Shown one piece after another: positions 10,809 through 19,575 of a DNA stretch of 64,000 nucleotides. The DNA comes from Candidatus Poribacteria bacterium. GTDB lineage: Bacteria; Poribacteria; WGA-4E; WGA-3G. Under the pieces are notes generated by a model that ran no database searches, was not told where the DNA came from, and worked only from the letters and a program-made list of their open reading frames with translations. The stretch covers positions 480,001 to 544,000 of the forward strand of contig OZ219753.1 in assembly GCA_964291315.2 (NCBI GenBank), in the 5' to 3' direction. Position 1 is the stretch's first letter. Each line of letters starts with the position of its first letter. A program made the translations under genes and the position numbers.

Positions 10809-11326
10809 CGGGCAGAGGCAGTCGCTGAAATAAAGCGACATTAAAGAGTCTATCAATAATTTCGGTATTTGATATAGGGGTAGGAAACGATGGGGAACTT
10901 TCATATAGCCATGGACATGAGTCAATGCAAATCAGTTGTTCTTCTGCGGCGTGCGTGCTGTGTTAGTTCTGTGTGCTGCGTGCGTTTCGTTGATCTGTGT
11001 TGCAATGTTAACTGTGAGTTAACATTTACTTACCCCCCCATATCTACATAAGTTAAGTGTTTTAGTTTATATTTGTTCACCAAACTGCGTCGGCATTTGC
11101 TGCTGTCGTGGTTTTTTTGCGCCTGCTCGTGCTTTGCACGTTGCGGGCTATTTTTGTTGTGGCATTGGGTTGCGCCCGAATGTTTGTTATCCTTGTCAAA
11201 GTGTATAAGCGGATATCTGTCCGAACACCACGACAGGGAGTCTATACAGTAAGCTCTGTCGCTGCCCCCACCGAAAGGGTGTGTAGTGCATAGTAAACCC
11301 GGAACATAGTAGGAGAAAGTTTCAAA

Positions 11327-12424
11327 ATGACTACTGATGGAAAGAAAATAAAGAAAACCGTTTTATCCATTGATGGAGGCGGTATTCGCGGTATCATCCC
11401 GGCGATGATTCTTGTTGAAATAGAAAGGCGAACCCTCGACAAGATTAAGGATTCGACAGAACAGGTCCCAGAAGGCCGCCGTGAAGAGTTCAAACGGAGT
11501 GTTAATGAGAGAGTTAAGACTAGGAAGGGTAGAGAGTTCATTCCGACTTCTGACCTTTTCGATCTGATTGCTGGGACTTCAACTGGAGGTATCCTTGCTT
11601 TGGGGCTTACCAAACCTATCGATCAAGGAGGGGGTCCTGATTACATGGCAAGGGACTTAGTTGATCTGTATCAAGAAACAGGCGGAAGCATCTTCCACAG
11701 ATCATTCTGGCACAAAATTCATTCAGGGTTTGGAATGACCGAAGAGAAATATCCAGCAACGGGAATTGAGAGTGTTCTAGAGACATATTTTGGAGAAACT
11801 CGCCTCGGGGATGCACTGACTAATGTGCTGATTCCTAGCTATAGCTTGGAGAATGGACATCCTCGGTTCTTTAAAAGTCATCGTGCTCAAGATGAAAACT
11901 GCCGAATGCGGGAAGTTGCCCGTGCGACTTCCGCCGCTCCCACCTATTTTGAACCCTTTAGAGGTTTTGAACCCTTTAGAGGACTAGTGGATGGTGGAAT
12001 ATTTGCAAATAATCCTGCAATGTGTGCCTACGCTGAGATATTGAATGTGTGTCCAGAGTCGGAAGGCAATATTTTACTTGTCTCACTGGGAACTGGGCAG
12101 TTAACTCGCGATATCCCGCACGAAGAGGCGGCGGGTTGGGGGCGCATTAACTGGATACTCCCGCTTTTCAGAATTATTTTTGATGGTGTGAGTGATACGG
12201 TGAATTATCAACTCATTCAGCTTCTGCCTCAAGGTCCGTATTATCGGTTTCAACCCAGGTTAGATATAGGTAACGATGATCTGGATGATGCTAGCAAAAC
12301 TAACTTATTGGCTCTGAGAAGGGTAGCTGAAAGACACGTCCAAGAGCATGAGGAAACATTGGAGGAGCTGTGTCGTCGCTTGAGTGAACGGTTCGTGGAG
12401 CGCTGGCTTGAGCTTGTAGCATAA
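11327..12424 (+). CDS. Patatin-like phospholipase
   Basis: DGGGIRG oxyanion loop, GTSTG nucleophile elbow, SAAPTYF and DGG. AGGAG RBS upstream. Confidence 0.9.
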   Translation: MTTDGKKIKKTVLSIDGGGIRGIIPAMILVEIERRTLDKIKDSTEQVPEGRREEFKRSVNERVKTRKGREFIPTSDLFDLIAGTSTGGILALGLTKPIDQGGGPDYMARDLVDLYQETGGSIFHRSFWHKIHSGFGMTEEKYPATGIESVLETYFGETRLGDALTNVLIPSYSLENGHPRFFKSHRAQDENCRMREVARATSAAPTYFEPFRGFEPFRGLVDGGIFANNPAMCAYAEILNVCPESEGNILLVSLGTGQLTRDIPHEEAAGWGRINWILPLFRIIFDGVSDTVNYQLIQLLPQGPYYRFQPRLDIGNDDLDDASKTNLLALRRVAERHVQEHEETLEELCRRLSERFVERWLELVA

Positions 12425-12518
12425 CCTGTTAGGTTGTGCAGTATCTCTTGTAGCATAACCTGTTAGGTTGTGCATCTGTCCAGAAACTGTGTAGCACAGA
12501 CTGACAGTCTATGCTACA
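12416..12518. repeat. Cluster of GTAG-type REP-like palindromes
   Basis: GTAGCATAACCTGTTAGGTTGTGC occurs at 12416-12439 and 12450-12473. TGTAGCACAGACTGACAGTCTATGCTACA occurs at 12490-12518. Confidence 0.8.
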
Positions 12519-12599
12519 GATATAACAACAATCCCCTCTCGTCCACGCTTGTGTTGGAAGAGAGGAACCTTAACCCCTATAACAGAGGAGTATTTACCA

Positions 12600-13163
12600 A
12601 TGAAAACGTATGTGACGATCCCGAAACTGATGATTGCCGTGCTCGCTATCGGCGCCTGCGGCTACGCCCTGCACGCCTGGAGCAAGGCACAATCGCCCGC
12701 TGAGAACCCCTCGGCTACACTGCAAGTAGAAGTAGACCTGCGGCTTATCATTGAACCCGATGCGATGCCGACTGAACCGGGCGAATCGGAGCCCGCCGTT
12801 GTGCGCGCCAGACAAGCCGCATTGGAAAGGAGTGCGCGTTTGCTGTCTGAGAAAAACATAGCGGCACCGCGGCAATCAGCATTGCTGCCGAACTACCCGA
12901 ACCCGTTCAACCCAGAGACGTGGATTCCGTATGAGCTGTCCGAGGCTGCTGATGTCAGTGTATCCATCTATTCAACGGATGGCAGCCTGGTACGGACGTT
13001 GGGCTTAGGGCATCAGGTGCCCGGTGTTTACCGTAGCAAGTCTCGGTCGGTGTATTGGGACGGTCGCAACGATTCGGGCGAGCGTGTTTCGAGCGGTGTC
13101 TATTTCTATACGCTTGAGGCGGGTTCTTTCCGTGCGACGCGTAAAATGTTAATAGTGAAGTAA
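12600..13163 (+). CDS. Small secreted protein with a FlgD-Ig / T9SS type-A-like C-terminal domain
   Basis: GAGGAG RBS before ATG 12600, signal peptide, LLPNYPNPFNPETWIPY, WDGRN and SGVYFY...TRKMLIVK. Confidence 0.8.
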   Translation: MKTYVTIPKLMIAVLAIGACGYALHAWSKAQSPAENPSATLQVEVDLRLIIEPDAMPTEPGESEPAVVRARQAALERSARLLSEKNIAAPRQSALLPNYPNPFNPETWIPYELSEAADVSVSIYSTDGSLVRTLGLGHQVPGVYRSKSRSVYWDGRNDSGERVSSGVYFYTLEAGSFRATRKMLIVK

Positions 13164-13169
13164 TCAGCT

Positions 13170-13283
13170 GTAGCATAACCTATTAGGTTGTGCATTGTAT
13201 CATATTAAAAAGAGGCACAGACTGTCAGTCTATGCTACAAGCACACAAAGGATTTACTTGTAGCCTACCCTGTTAGGTTGTGC
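13170..13283. repeat. Second cluster of GTAG-type REP-like palindromes
   Basis: Copies at 13170-13193, 13215-13238 (inverted) and 13260-13283. Confidence 0.8.
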
Positions 13284-13318
13284 CGTATATTAAACCTAAA
13301 GAATAAAGGAGAATTGAA

Positions 13319-14707
13319 ATGAGAAGGACAATGTTTGTTCTGTCAACTGTTGCGGTGCTGATGTTTTCGGTTGCTCAGTTAGCAGCGGCGCAATGGAAGG
13401 CGAACCCTGTAACGAATCAGACCAATGAGAGTTTGTATGTGATCCATTCGACGTGGCGGCCTGCGAAGGCGGGCATTCCGAGCGGGTTTCGGACGCGCGG
13501 GTATTATCGTCTGTCGGCGGGTGAGACGCGTAAGTTTTATTCGTGGTCAGATAACAGCATCTACTTCCATATCTCGCGTTCGGGTGAGGCGATAAAACCG
13601 AAGAGTGGCACGTTGACGTTTGATTTTTGGATTCATCCGCTTCGTTCGTTTATGATAGTCTCGGATGAGCTGAGTGCGGCTGTGAAGTTGTCTGATTTGA
13701 GTTATGTGAATCGTCCTCGTGCTGGTTTTGTTCGCGAGGATGGTTTTATGAAGTATCCGGGTCGTTCTGTAGTGACTATCACGTCTAGTTGGGTATCTGC
13801 GGTGCCGGAGGCGCCGGACACTGGCACTGTTGTGGATCCGCCTGTTGCTGGCAATGGTGGTGGTTCTGATGGTACGCCTCCCCCTACTACTACCCCTACT
13901 ACCACTACTGTGCCTATTGTCACTCCGCCGGATCCACCTCCGCCCGAGGGCATGGTATTGATCCCTGCGGGTGAGTTTCAGATGGGCAGCAACGATGCGG
14001 AATCTGGCACGGATGAGCAGCCCGTTCATACTGTCTACGTGGATGCGTTTTATATGGACACGCATGAAGTGACGAATTTGGACTTCAAGCGTTTTGTGTT
14101 GGCGAACCCGCGGCAGAAGAGCCGGATTCCGGACAACTTGCACAATGGAAACTACCTATATCATTGGGATGATTCGAACAACTATCCTGCGGGCAAGGCG
14201 AACCATCCTGTGAGCCATGTGAGTTGGTATGCTGCGGTGGGGTATGCGAAGTGGGCAGGCAAACGGCTGCCGACGGAGGCGGAGTGGGAGAAAGCCGCAC
14301 GCGGTGGCAAGTCTGGGCTGAAGTATCCGTGGGGAAACACGATTAGCAGCACACAGGCGAACTACGGCCGTAATGTCGGTGGGACGACTGCAGTGGGTGC
14401 GTATGCTGCGAATGGGTATGGTCTGTATGATATGGCGGGGAATGTCTGGGAGTGGTGTCTGGATGCGTATAACAAGGACTACTATTTTAGTTCGCCTTCT
14501 CGCAATCCGTTGTCAGACGTGAACACGCTATCCAATGTAGACCTGATATTAGATAACTATACACAAATAAAGTCGTCCCGCGTCTTGCGTGGCGGCTCCT
14601 GGGACACTACAGCCCAGTTCGTGCGGGTCGCCAGCCGCTACTACGGTACGCCAACGCTCACGTACGACAACTACGGTTTTCGTTGTGCGAGGTCTGTATC
14701 GCCCTGA
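13319..14707 (+). CDS. DGR target 1: signal peptide, DUF1036-like N-domain, Pro/Thr linker, FGE-sulfatase (CLec-fold) domain with a C-terminal VR
   Basis: MVLIPAGEFQMGS, HEVTN, RLPTEAEWE, GLYDMAGNVWEW and RGGSW...GFRCAR. AAGGAG RBS. The N-domain assignment is tentative. Confidence 0.9.
   Translation: MRRTMFVLSTVAVLMFSVAQLAAAQWKANPVTNQTNESLYVIHSTWRPAKAGIPSGFRTRGYYRLSAGETRKFYSWSDNSIYFHISRSGEAIKPKSGTLTFDFWIHPLRSFMIVSDELSAAVKLSDLSYVNRPRAGFVREDGFMKYPGRSVVTITSSWVSAVPEAPDTGTVVDPPVAGNGGGSDGTPPPTTTPTTTTVPIVTPPDPPPPEGMVLIPAGEFQMGSNDAESGTDEQPVHTVYVDAFYMDTHEVTNLDFKRFVLANPRQKSRIPDNLHNGNYLYHWDDSNNYPAGKANHPVSHVSWYAAVGYAKWAGKRLPTEAEWEKAARGGKSGLKYPWGNTISSTQANYGRNVGGTTAVGAYAANGYGLYDMAGNVWEWCLDAYNKDYYFSSPSRNPLSDVNTLSNVDLILDNYTQIKSSRVLRGGSWDTTAQFVRVASRYYGTPTLTYDNYGFRCARSVSP
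14574..14704 (+). repeat. DGR variable repeat VR1
   Basis: TGG GAC ACT ACA GCC CAG TTC GTG CGG GTC GCC AGC CGC TAC TAC GGT ACG CCA ACG CTC ACG TAC GAC AAC TAC GGT TTT CGT TGT GCG. Differences fall at template A positions. Confidence 0.9.
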
Positions 14708-14732
14708 GTCTTTACTACTTAACATATTATAC

Positions 14733-14757
14733 CCCACGCCTGCTATGCAGGCGTGGG
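14733..14757. other. Perfect 11-bp hairpin downstream of VR1 (candidate DGR homing stem-loop)
   Basis: CCCACGCCTGC-TAT-GCAGGCGTGGG, starting 26 nt after the target 1 stop. Confidence 0.6.
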
Positions 14758-14811
14758 CGGCCCAAAATCAGCACTTTACTTAACTGATAATTACTTATTT
14801 AATACATCAAA

Positions 14812-15159
14812 ATGCCAGCTTCCACAGTTCAAGCTGTCCCTAAACTCTACGATGTGATTATGTGGCTGCTCGGACGCGTCGAAAGATTTCCGCGCTCCCA
14901 AAAGTTCACCCTCGGCGATAGAACCATCACTCTCGCCTTGGACACCCTCGACGTGCTCATCGAAGCCACCTATACGCGAAAACGGTTACATTTACTTCAG
15001 AGAGCCAACGTGCAGTTGGAGAAACTCCGGTATCTCATCCGTTTATCTCATGACTTCAAGCTCCTCTCTACAAAACAGTACGCATACATCTCTCAAGAGG
15101 TCAATGAAGTCGGCAAACTGATAGGAGGCTGGATACGCAGCCAATCTACTGCATCATGA
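14812..15159 (+). CDS. avd: DGR accessory variability determinant (four-helix bundle)
   Basis: 115 aa and basic, with [23 protein letters not shown] and EVGKLIGGW. Overlaps the RT start (ATGA). Confidence 0.9.
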   Translation: MPASTVQAVPKLYDVIMWLLGRVERFPRSQKFTLGDRTITLALDTLDVLIEATYTRKRLHLLQRANVQLEKLRYLIRLSHDFKLLSTKQYAYISQEVNEVGKLIGGWIRSQSTAS

Positions 15160-16214
15160 AAACGCACAACCGACTCTTTGAAAAAATCTGCTCTTATCTG
15201 AACCTCTACGAGGCGGCTCAGAAGGCGCAACGTGGCAAACGTTTTCGGGCGGACATCGCCCGCTTCAACTTCCACTTGGAAAAAGAGCTGTATCAGCTCC
15301 AAGAGGAGCTGCAAACACAGACGTATCGCCCCGGTGAATATCGGGAGTTCTCTATCTACGAGCCGAAACCTCGCAAGATCAGTGCTGCCCCGTATCGTGA
15401 TAGGGTGGTGCATCACGCCTTGTGTAATGTGATCGAGCCGCTCTTCGACCGGACGTTCATCTTCGATACCTATGCCTGCCGAAAGGGCAAGGGAACGCAT
15501 AAGGCGGTGGACCGGTTCACTGCGTTCAGTCGTAAGAATACGTATGTGCTGAAGTGCGACATCAAGAAGTATTTTCCTTCTATCGACCACAGCATCCTCA
15601 AGTCGCGCTTCCGCCGAAAGATCCGGGACCCAAAAGTGTTAGCGTTGATGGATCTGATTGTCGACCGGAGCAACCCGCAAGAGCCGGTGCGTGAATACTT
15701 TGAAGGCGATGATCTGCTGACCTCGCTCCATAGAAACCGCGGCATCCCGATCGGTAACTTGACGAGCCAGTTTTTCGCGAATATCCATCTCAACGGGTTC
15801 GACCATTTTGTCAAAGAAGACTTGAAGTGTCGCTACTATATCCGTTATGTAGACGATTTTGTGGTGCTTGATAGAGACAAGGCGCGGCTCCATTGGGTAA
15901 AAGCGGAGATGGCCGCCTACCTGTCTCAGCTGCGGTTGAAGCTCCATAAGCACAAGTGCCAAGTGTTTCCGGTGAAAGCGGGGACAGATTTTTTGGGGTA
16001 TCAGGTTTTCCCGACGCATCGTCGGCTCCGCCCGTCTTCGGTGAGACGTGCACGGCGGCGGTTGTGCGGCTTGAGAGATGCCTATAGTGCTGGGGAGATA
16101 TCGTGGGCGGATGTCAACCACTCGGTGCAGAGCTGGCTCGGGCACGTTCAGCATGCGGACACGTATGGGCTGCGCCGCTCTCTTTTCTCTGACACTATTT
16201 TTCGGAAGTCCTGA
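15156..16214 (+). CDS. DGR reverse transcriptase
   Basis: 352 aa with [34 protein letters not shown] (DGR-type SQ motif), YIRYVDDF and DFLGY. No maturase or endonuclease extension. Confidence 0.95.
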   Translation: MKTHNRLFEKICSYLNLYEAAQKAQRGKRFRADIARFNFHLEKELYQLQEELQTQTYRPGEYREFSIYEPKPRKISAAPYRDRVVHHALCNVIEPLFDRTFIFDTYACRKGKGTHKAVDRFTAFSRKNTYVLKCDIKKYFPSIDHSILKSRFRRKIRDPKVLALMDLIVDRSNPQEPVREYFEGDDLLTSLHRNRGIPIGNLTSQFFANIHLNGFDHFVKEDLKCRYYIRYVDDFVVLDRDKARLHWVKAEMAAYLSQLRLKLHKHKCQVFPVKAGTDFLGYQVFPTHRRLRPSSVRRARRRLCGLRDAYSAGEISWADVNHSVQSWLGHVQHADTYGLRRSLFSDTIFRKS

Positions 16215-16282
16215 CCTATCTATTTTCAAAGCCGTGTCGCTTCCCGCCTGTTAGGCGTGAGGCACTCGAGGTTTCAAGCCGA

Positions 16283-16414
16283 ACGTCCCGCGTGTTGCGT
16301 GGCGGCTCCTGGAACAATACAGCACAGAACGTGCGGGTCGCCTCCCGCAACTTCAATGCGCCTACGAGCTCGTACGACTTCTACGGTTTTCGTTGTGCGA
16401 GGTCTGTATCCCCT
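16283..16414 (+). repeat. Template-repeat position: TR(5')/VR(3') chimera
   Basis: 16313-16330 (AAC AAT ACA GCA CAG AAC) is adenine-intact. 16343-16384 (TCC CGC AAC TTC AAT GCG CCT ACG AGC TCG TAC GAC TTC TAC) has non-A bases where other VRs have A. Confidence 0.8.
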
Positions 16415-17914
16415 TCGGATGCTGGCGATGGTGCTACCCCTACCCCTACTACCCCGCAGCAGGAGCCTCCTCCTCCGCCCGAGGGCATGGTGTTGATCCC
16501 TGCGGGCGAGTTTCAGATGGGCAGCAACGACGCGGAATCTGGTACAGATGAGCAGCCCGTTCATACCGTCTACGTAGATGCGTTTTATATGGACACGCAT
16601 GAAGTGACGAATGCGGACTTCCAGCGTTTTGTGTTAGCGAACCCACAGTGGCAGAAGAGCAGTATTCCGGACAACTTACACGATGGAAGCTACCTAGCTC
16701 TTTGGGATAGTTCTAGCAACTACCCTGCGGGCAAGGCGAACCATCCCGTGGTGTGTGTGAGTTGGTATGCTGCTGTGGCGTATGCGAAGTGGGCAGGCAA
16801 ACGGCTGCCGACGGAAGCGGAATGGGAGAAAGCTGCGCGCGGTGGCAAGTCGGGGCTAGAGTATCCCTGGGGAAACACGATTGACAGCACACAGGCGAAC
16901 TACGGCGAAAATGTCGGTGGGACGACGGCAGTGGGTACATATCTTGTGAATGGATACGGTCTGTATGATATGGTGGGGAATGTCTCGGAGTGGTGTCTGG
17001 ATGAGTATAAAGTTAAGTCATCCCGCGTCGTGCGCGGCGGCTCCTGGAGCAATATAGCGCAGCGGGTCACCGACCGCGGCGGCGGTACGTCTTCGTACGC
17101 GTTCCTCAACGTCGGTTTTCGTTGTGCGAGGTCTGTATCCGCTATAGGGTTAGCTCCTACGGGCATGGTATTAATTCCTGCGGGGGAGTTTGAGATGGGC
17201 AGCAATGACGCGGATGAGCAGCCCATTCATACCGTCTATGTAGATGCCTTTTACATGGACAGACATGAAGTGACGAATTTGGACTTCAAGCGGTTTGTGT
17301 TGGCAAACCCGCAGTGGCAGAAGAGCCGGATTCCGGACAACTTACACAATGGAGACTACCTATATGATTGGGATGATGATAACAACTATCCTGCGGGCAA
17401 GGCGAACCATCCCGTGGTGAATGTGAGTTGGTATGCTGCTGTGGCGTATGCGAAGTGGGTGGGCAAACGCCTTCCCACAGAGGCAGAATGGGAGTATGCC
17501 GCGCGTGGTGGCAAGTCGGGGCTAAAGTATCCCTGGGGAAACACAATTGGCAGCACACAGGCGAACTACGGCCGTAATGTCGGTGGGACGACGGCAGTGG
17601 GTTTGTATCCAGCGAGTGGGTATGGGCTCTATGATATGGCCGGGAATGTCTGGGAGTGGTGTCTGGATGCGTATGACGGGAACTTCTATTTTACGTCCCC
17701 TGCTCGTAATCCGCTATCAGATGTGAATACATTGTCTAATGTAGACCTGATATTAGATAATTATACACAAGTAAAGTCCGACCGCGTCGTGCGTGGCGGC
17801 TCCTGGATCAATACAGCACAGCTCATGCGGGTCGCCTACCGCAGCTCCAATTCGCCGACGTACACGGACTTCCTCAACCGCGGTTTTCGTTGTGCGAGGT
17901 CTGTATCCCCTTGA
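16292..17914 (+). CDS. DGR target 2, 5'-truncated: VR remnant, linker and two tandem FGE-sulfatase/CLec domains
   Basis: The ORF begins inside the repeat with no signal peptide or clear RBS. It contains two MVLIPAGEF...GFRCARSVS domains. Confidence 0.75.
   Translation: MLRGGSWNNTAQNVRVASRNFNAPTSSYDFYGFRCARSVSPSDAGDGATPTPTTPQQEPPPPPEGMVLIPAGEFQMGSNDAESGTDEQPVHTVYVDAFYMDTHEVTNADFQRFVLANPQWQKSSIPDNLHDGSYLALWDSSSNYPAGKANHPVVCVSWYAAVAYAKWAGKRLPTEAEWEKAARGGKSGLEYPWGNTIDSTQANYGENVGGTTAVGTYLVNGYGLYDMVGNVSEWCLDEYKVKSSRVVRGGSWSNIAQRVTDRGGGTSSYAFLNVGFRCARSVSAIGLAPTGMVLIPAGEFEMGSNDADEQPIHTVYVDAFYMDRHEVTNLDFKRFVLANPQWQKSRIPDNLHNGDYLYDWDDDNNYPAGKANHPVVNVSWYAAVAYAKWVGKRLPTEAEWEYAARGGKSGLKYPWGNTIGSTQANYGRNVGGTTAVGLYPASGYGLYDMAGNVWEWCLDAYDGNFYFTSPARNPLSDVNTLSNVDLILDNYTQVKSDRVVRGGSWINTAQLMRVAYRSSNSPTYTDFLNRGFRCARSVSP
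17021..17140 (+). repeat. DGR variable repeat VR2 (internal, degenerate)
   Basis: Homologous to the other repeats but has a 6-nt deletion and three non-adenine changes (ATA, ACC, TCT). Confidence 0.75.
17783..17911 (+). repeat. DGR variable repeat VR3
   Basis: Same scaffold, with five NNC codons (GAC TTC CTC AAC CGC) before GGT TTT where the others have four. Confidence 0.85.
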
Positions 17915-17987
17915 GTCTTTACTCATTCACGACTTAGGTTTCCAAGCTGCTACGCATGCAGCACATTCAATTTTGTTATTTGTTTTC

Positions 17988-18014
17988 AGGTGAGGCCTCC
18001 GGGCCTCGCCTTTT
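17988..18014 (+). terminator. Rho-independent terminator
   Basis: AGGTGAGGCC-TCCG-GGCCTCGCCT followed by a T run. Confidence 0.6.
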
Positions 18015-18074
18015 AGAAAATTTATGTTGTTTCAATCCGAAAAATTCTGTATAATTGTTTTAGAAAAGGAAAAT

Positions 18075-19109
18075 ATGTACTATCTTAATTCTAACCAGGG
18101 GATTGTACCACCATACATTATTGAACGCTTAGCTCAATCTGAAAACCCAGAGGTCCGTGCTGAAGCAATCGCCCAATTATCCGCTGACGCAGCGCTTCGA
18201 GCCTTAAGGCATTCGGACCCTATGCCAGATTTAACTGCAATGGCAGCACCAAACCGCCAAAGATTCCGCTGTGTGTACGACGCTCAATACACTGATCAAT
18301 TGCCGGGAACGCTTGTTCGCGCGGAGGGCCAGGATGATGTCGAGGATGAAGCCGTAAACGAGGCTTATCACTTTTCAGGAGATGTCTACGATTTTTACGA
18401 ACAAGTGTTTGGAAGAAATTCCTTGGATGACAACGGAATGGTCCTGATTTCGTCTGTACACATCACTACGCGGAACAATGCTTTTTGGAATGGAAGGCAG
18501 GCGGCTTACGGAGATGGCAATGGCTCGATATTCCAACGATTTACTCGCTCATTGGATGTTATTGGGCATGAATTTACTCACGGCGTGCAGCAGTTCACAA
18601 GCAATCTCCGTTATTATGGACAGTCCGGCGCGCTCAACGAGCATTTTGCGGATGTGTTCGGTATTTTAATACGCCAGTGGACAAACAGAGAAACTGTCGG
18701 TAATGCAAACTGGCTCATTGGCAGCGAGATTCTGGTTCCCGCTGAGGCCCCTATAACCCGGCGTGGAATCCGAGATATGGAAAACCCCGGCACCGCTTAT
18801 GATGATCCGGACATGGGAAGGGACCCGCAACCGGCTCATATGGACCAGATTTACGAGGGAACTAGGGATTATAGCGGGGTCCACATCAACTCCGGCATTC
18901 CGAATCGGGCTTTTGTGTTAACTGCACAAGCCCTCGGCGACAATGCGTGGGATGTTGCAGGGCGTATCCGGTACAAAACTATGTTAGCGTTACCCCGAGA
19001 CAGCCAATTTGCCGACTGCGCTAGGCAGACTGTTCAAGTGGCAGCAGCCTATGGGCAAGAAGCAGAGACAGCAAGCAGCCGCGGAGAGCTGGGCAACCGT
19101 CGGTGTTGA
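18075..19109 (+). CDS. Protealysin-like M4 metallopeptidase (C-terminus apparently frameshifted)
   Basis: IVPPYII propeptide motif, NAFWNG, HEFTH, GALNEHFAD and GVHINSGIPN. AAGGA RBS before ATG 18075. Confidence 0.88.
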   Translation: MYYLNSNQGIVPPYIIERLAQSENPEVRAEAIAQLSADAALRALRHSDPMPDLTAMAAPNRQRFRCVYDAQYTDQLPGTLVRAEGQDDVEDEAVNEAYHFSGDVYDFYEQVFGRNSLDDNGMVLISSVHITTRNNAFWNGRQAAYGDGNGSIFQRFTRSLDVIGHEFTHGVQQFTSNLRYYGQSGALNEHFADVFGILIRQWTNRETVGNANWLIGSEILVPAEAPITRRGIRDMENPGTAYDDPDMGRDPQPAHMDQIYEGTRDYSGVHINSGIPNRAFVLTAQALGDNAWDVAGRIRYKTMLALPRDSQFADCARQTVQVAAAYGQEAETASSRGELGNRRC

Positions 19110-19140
19110 TCTATGACGGATAAACAGAGGAGGCACTACA

Positions 19141-19446
19141 ATGAAAGTCGATTTTACGCAATCAGGCGGTTTTCTGGGGGGATGCCGCGGGTGTGAACTT
19201 GACACCGCAAAGCTGCCTGCAGACACCGGGGAAAAACTGGTAGACCTAGCAAAAGCGAGCGGAATCTCGGCATCAGGGACCTTTTTCTCGGCATCGGGCC
19301 GCGATCTTCAGCAGTATGATATTACAATCCACGATGGATACTCCGAGATATCTGTCACCTTTGACGATGAGACGCTTCCACCGGCTGTGCAACCGCTTAT
19401 CGATTATCTACAAAAACACGCTCGTCCCAAAACCTTAAAAGACTAA
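19141..19446 (+). CDS. Emfourin (protealysin inhibitor)
   Basis: QSGGFLG N-terminus and D..QYDITI. Lies directly downstream of the M4 gene with a GAGGAGG RBS. Confidence 0.85.
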   Translation: MKVDFTQSGGFLGGCRGCELDTAKLPADTGEKLVDLAKASGISASGTFFSASGRDLQQYDITIHDGYSEISVTFDDETLPPAVQPLIDYLQKHARPKTLKD

Positions 19447-19575
19447 GACTTGGGCCCTGTGTTCCTTTCCTCTAGGGACAAGCTCCTTCCCTTCGGTGGA
19501 GATGAGCCAAAGATAAAATCCGGGGCGTGGTGGCAGGTAGGCTTCCGCTGATAGCTATCACGCCCCTCTTATCTA

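Noticed and set aside
11327-12424. CBASS system
   Set aside because: No CD-NTase or Cap2/Cap3 genes are nearby.
12416-13283. CRISPR array
   Set aside because: Spacing is irregular (10 nt between the first two copies), orientations are mixed, and no cas genes are present. REP-like instead.
15156-16214. RT as a group II intron, retron or CRISPR-associated RT
   Set aside because: It is short, has no maturase or HNH domain, carries the SQ motif, is coupled to avd and is flanked by A-variable repeats.
16283-16414. Intact canonical TR
   Set aside because: Its 3' half has non-A bases where VRs have A or vary freely, which is incompatible with adenine-only mutagenesis.
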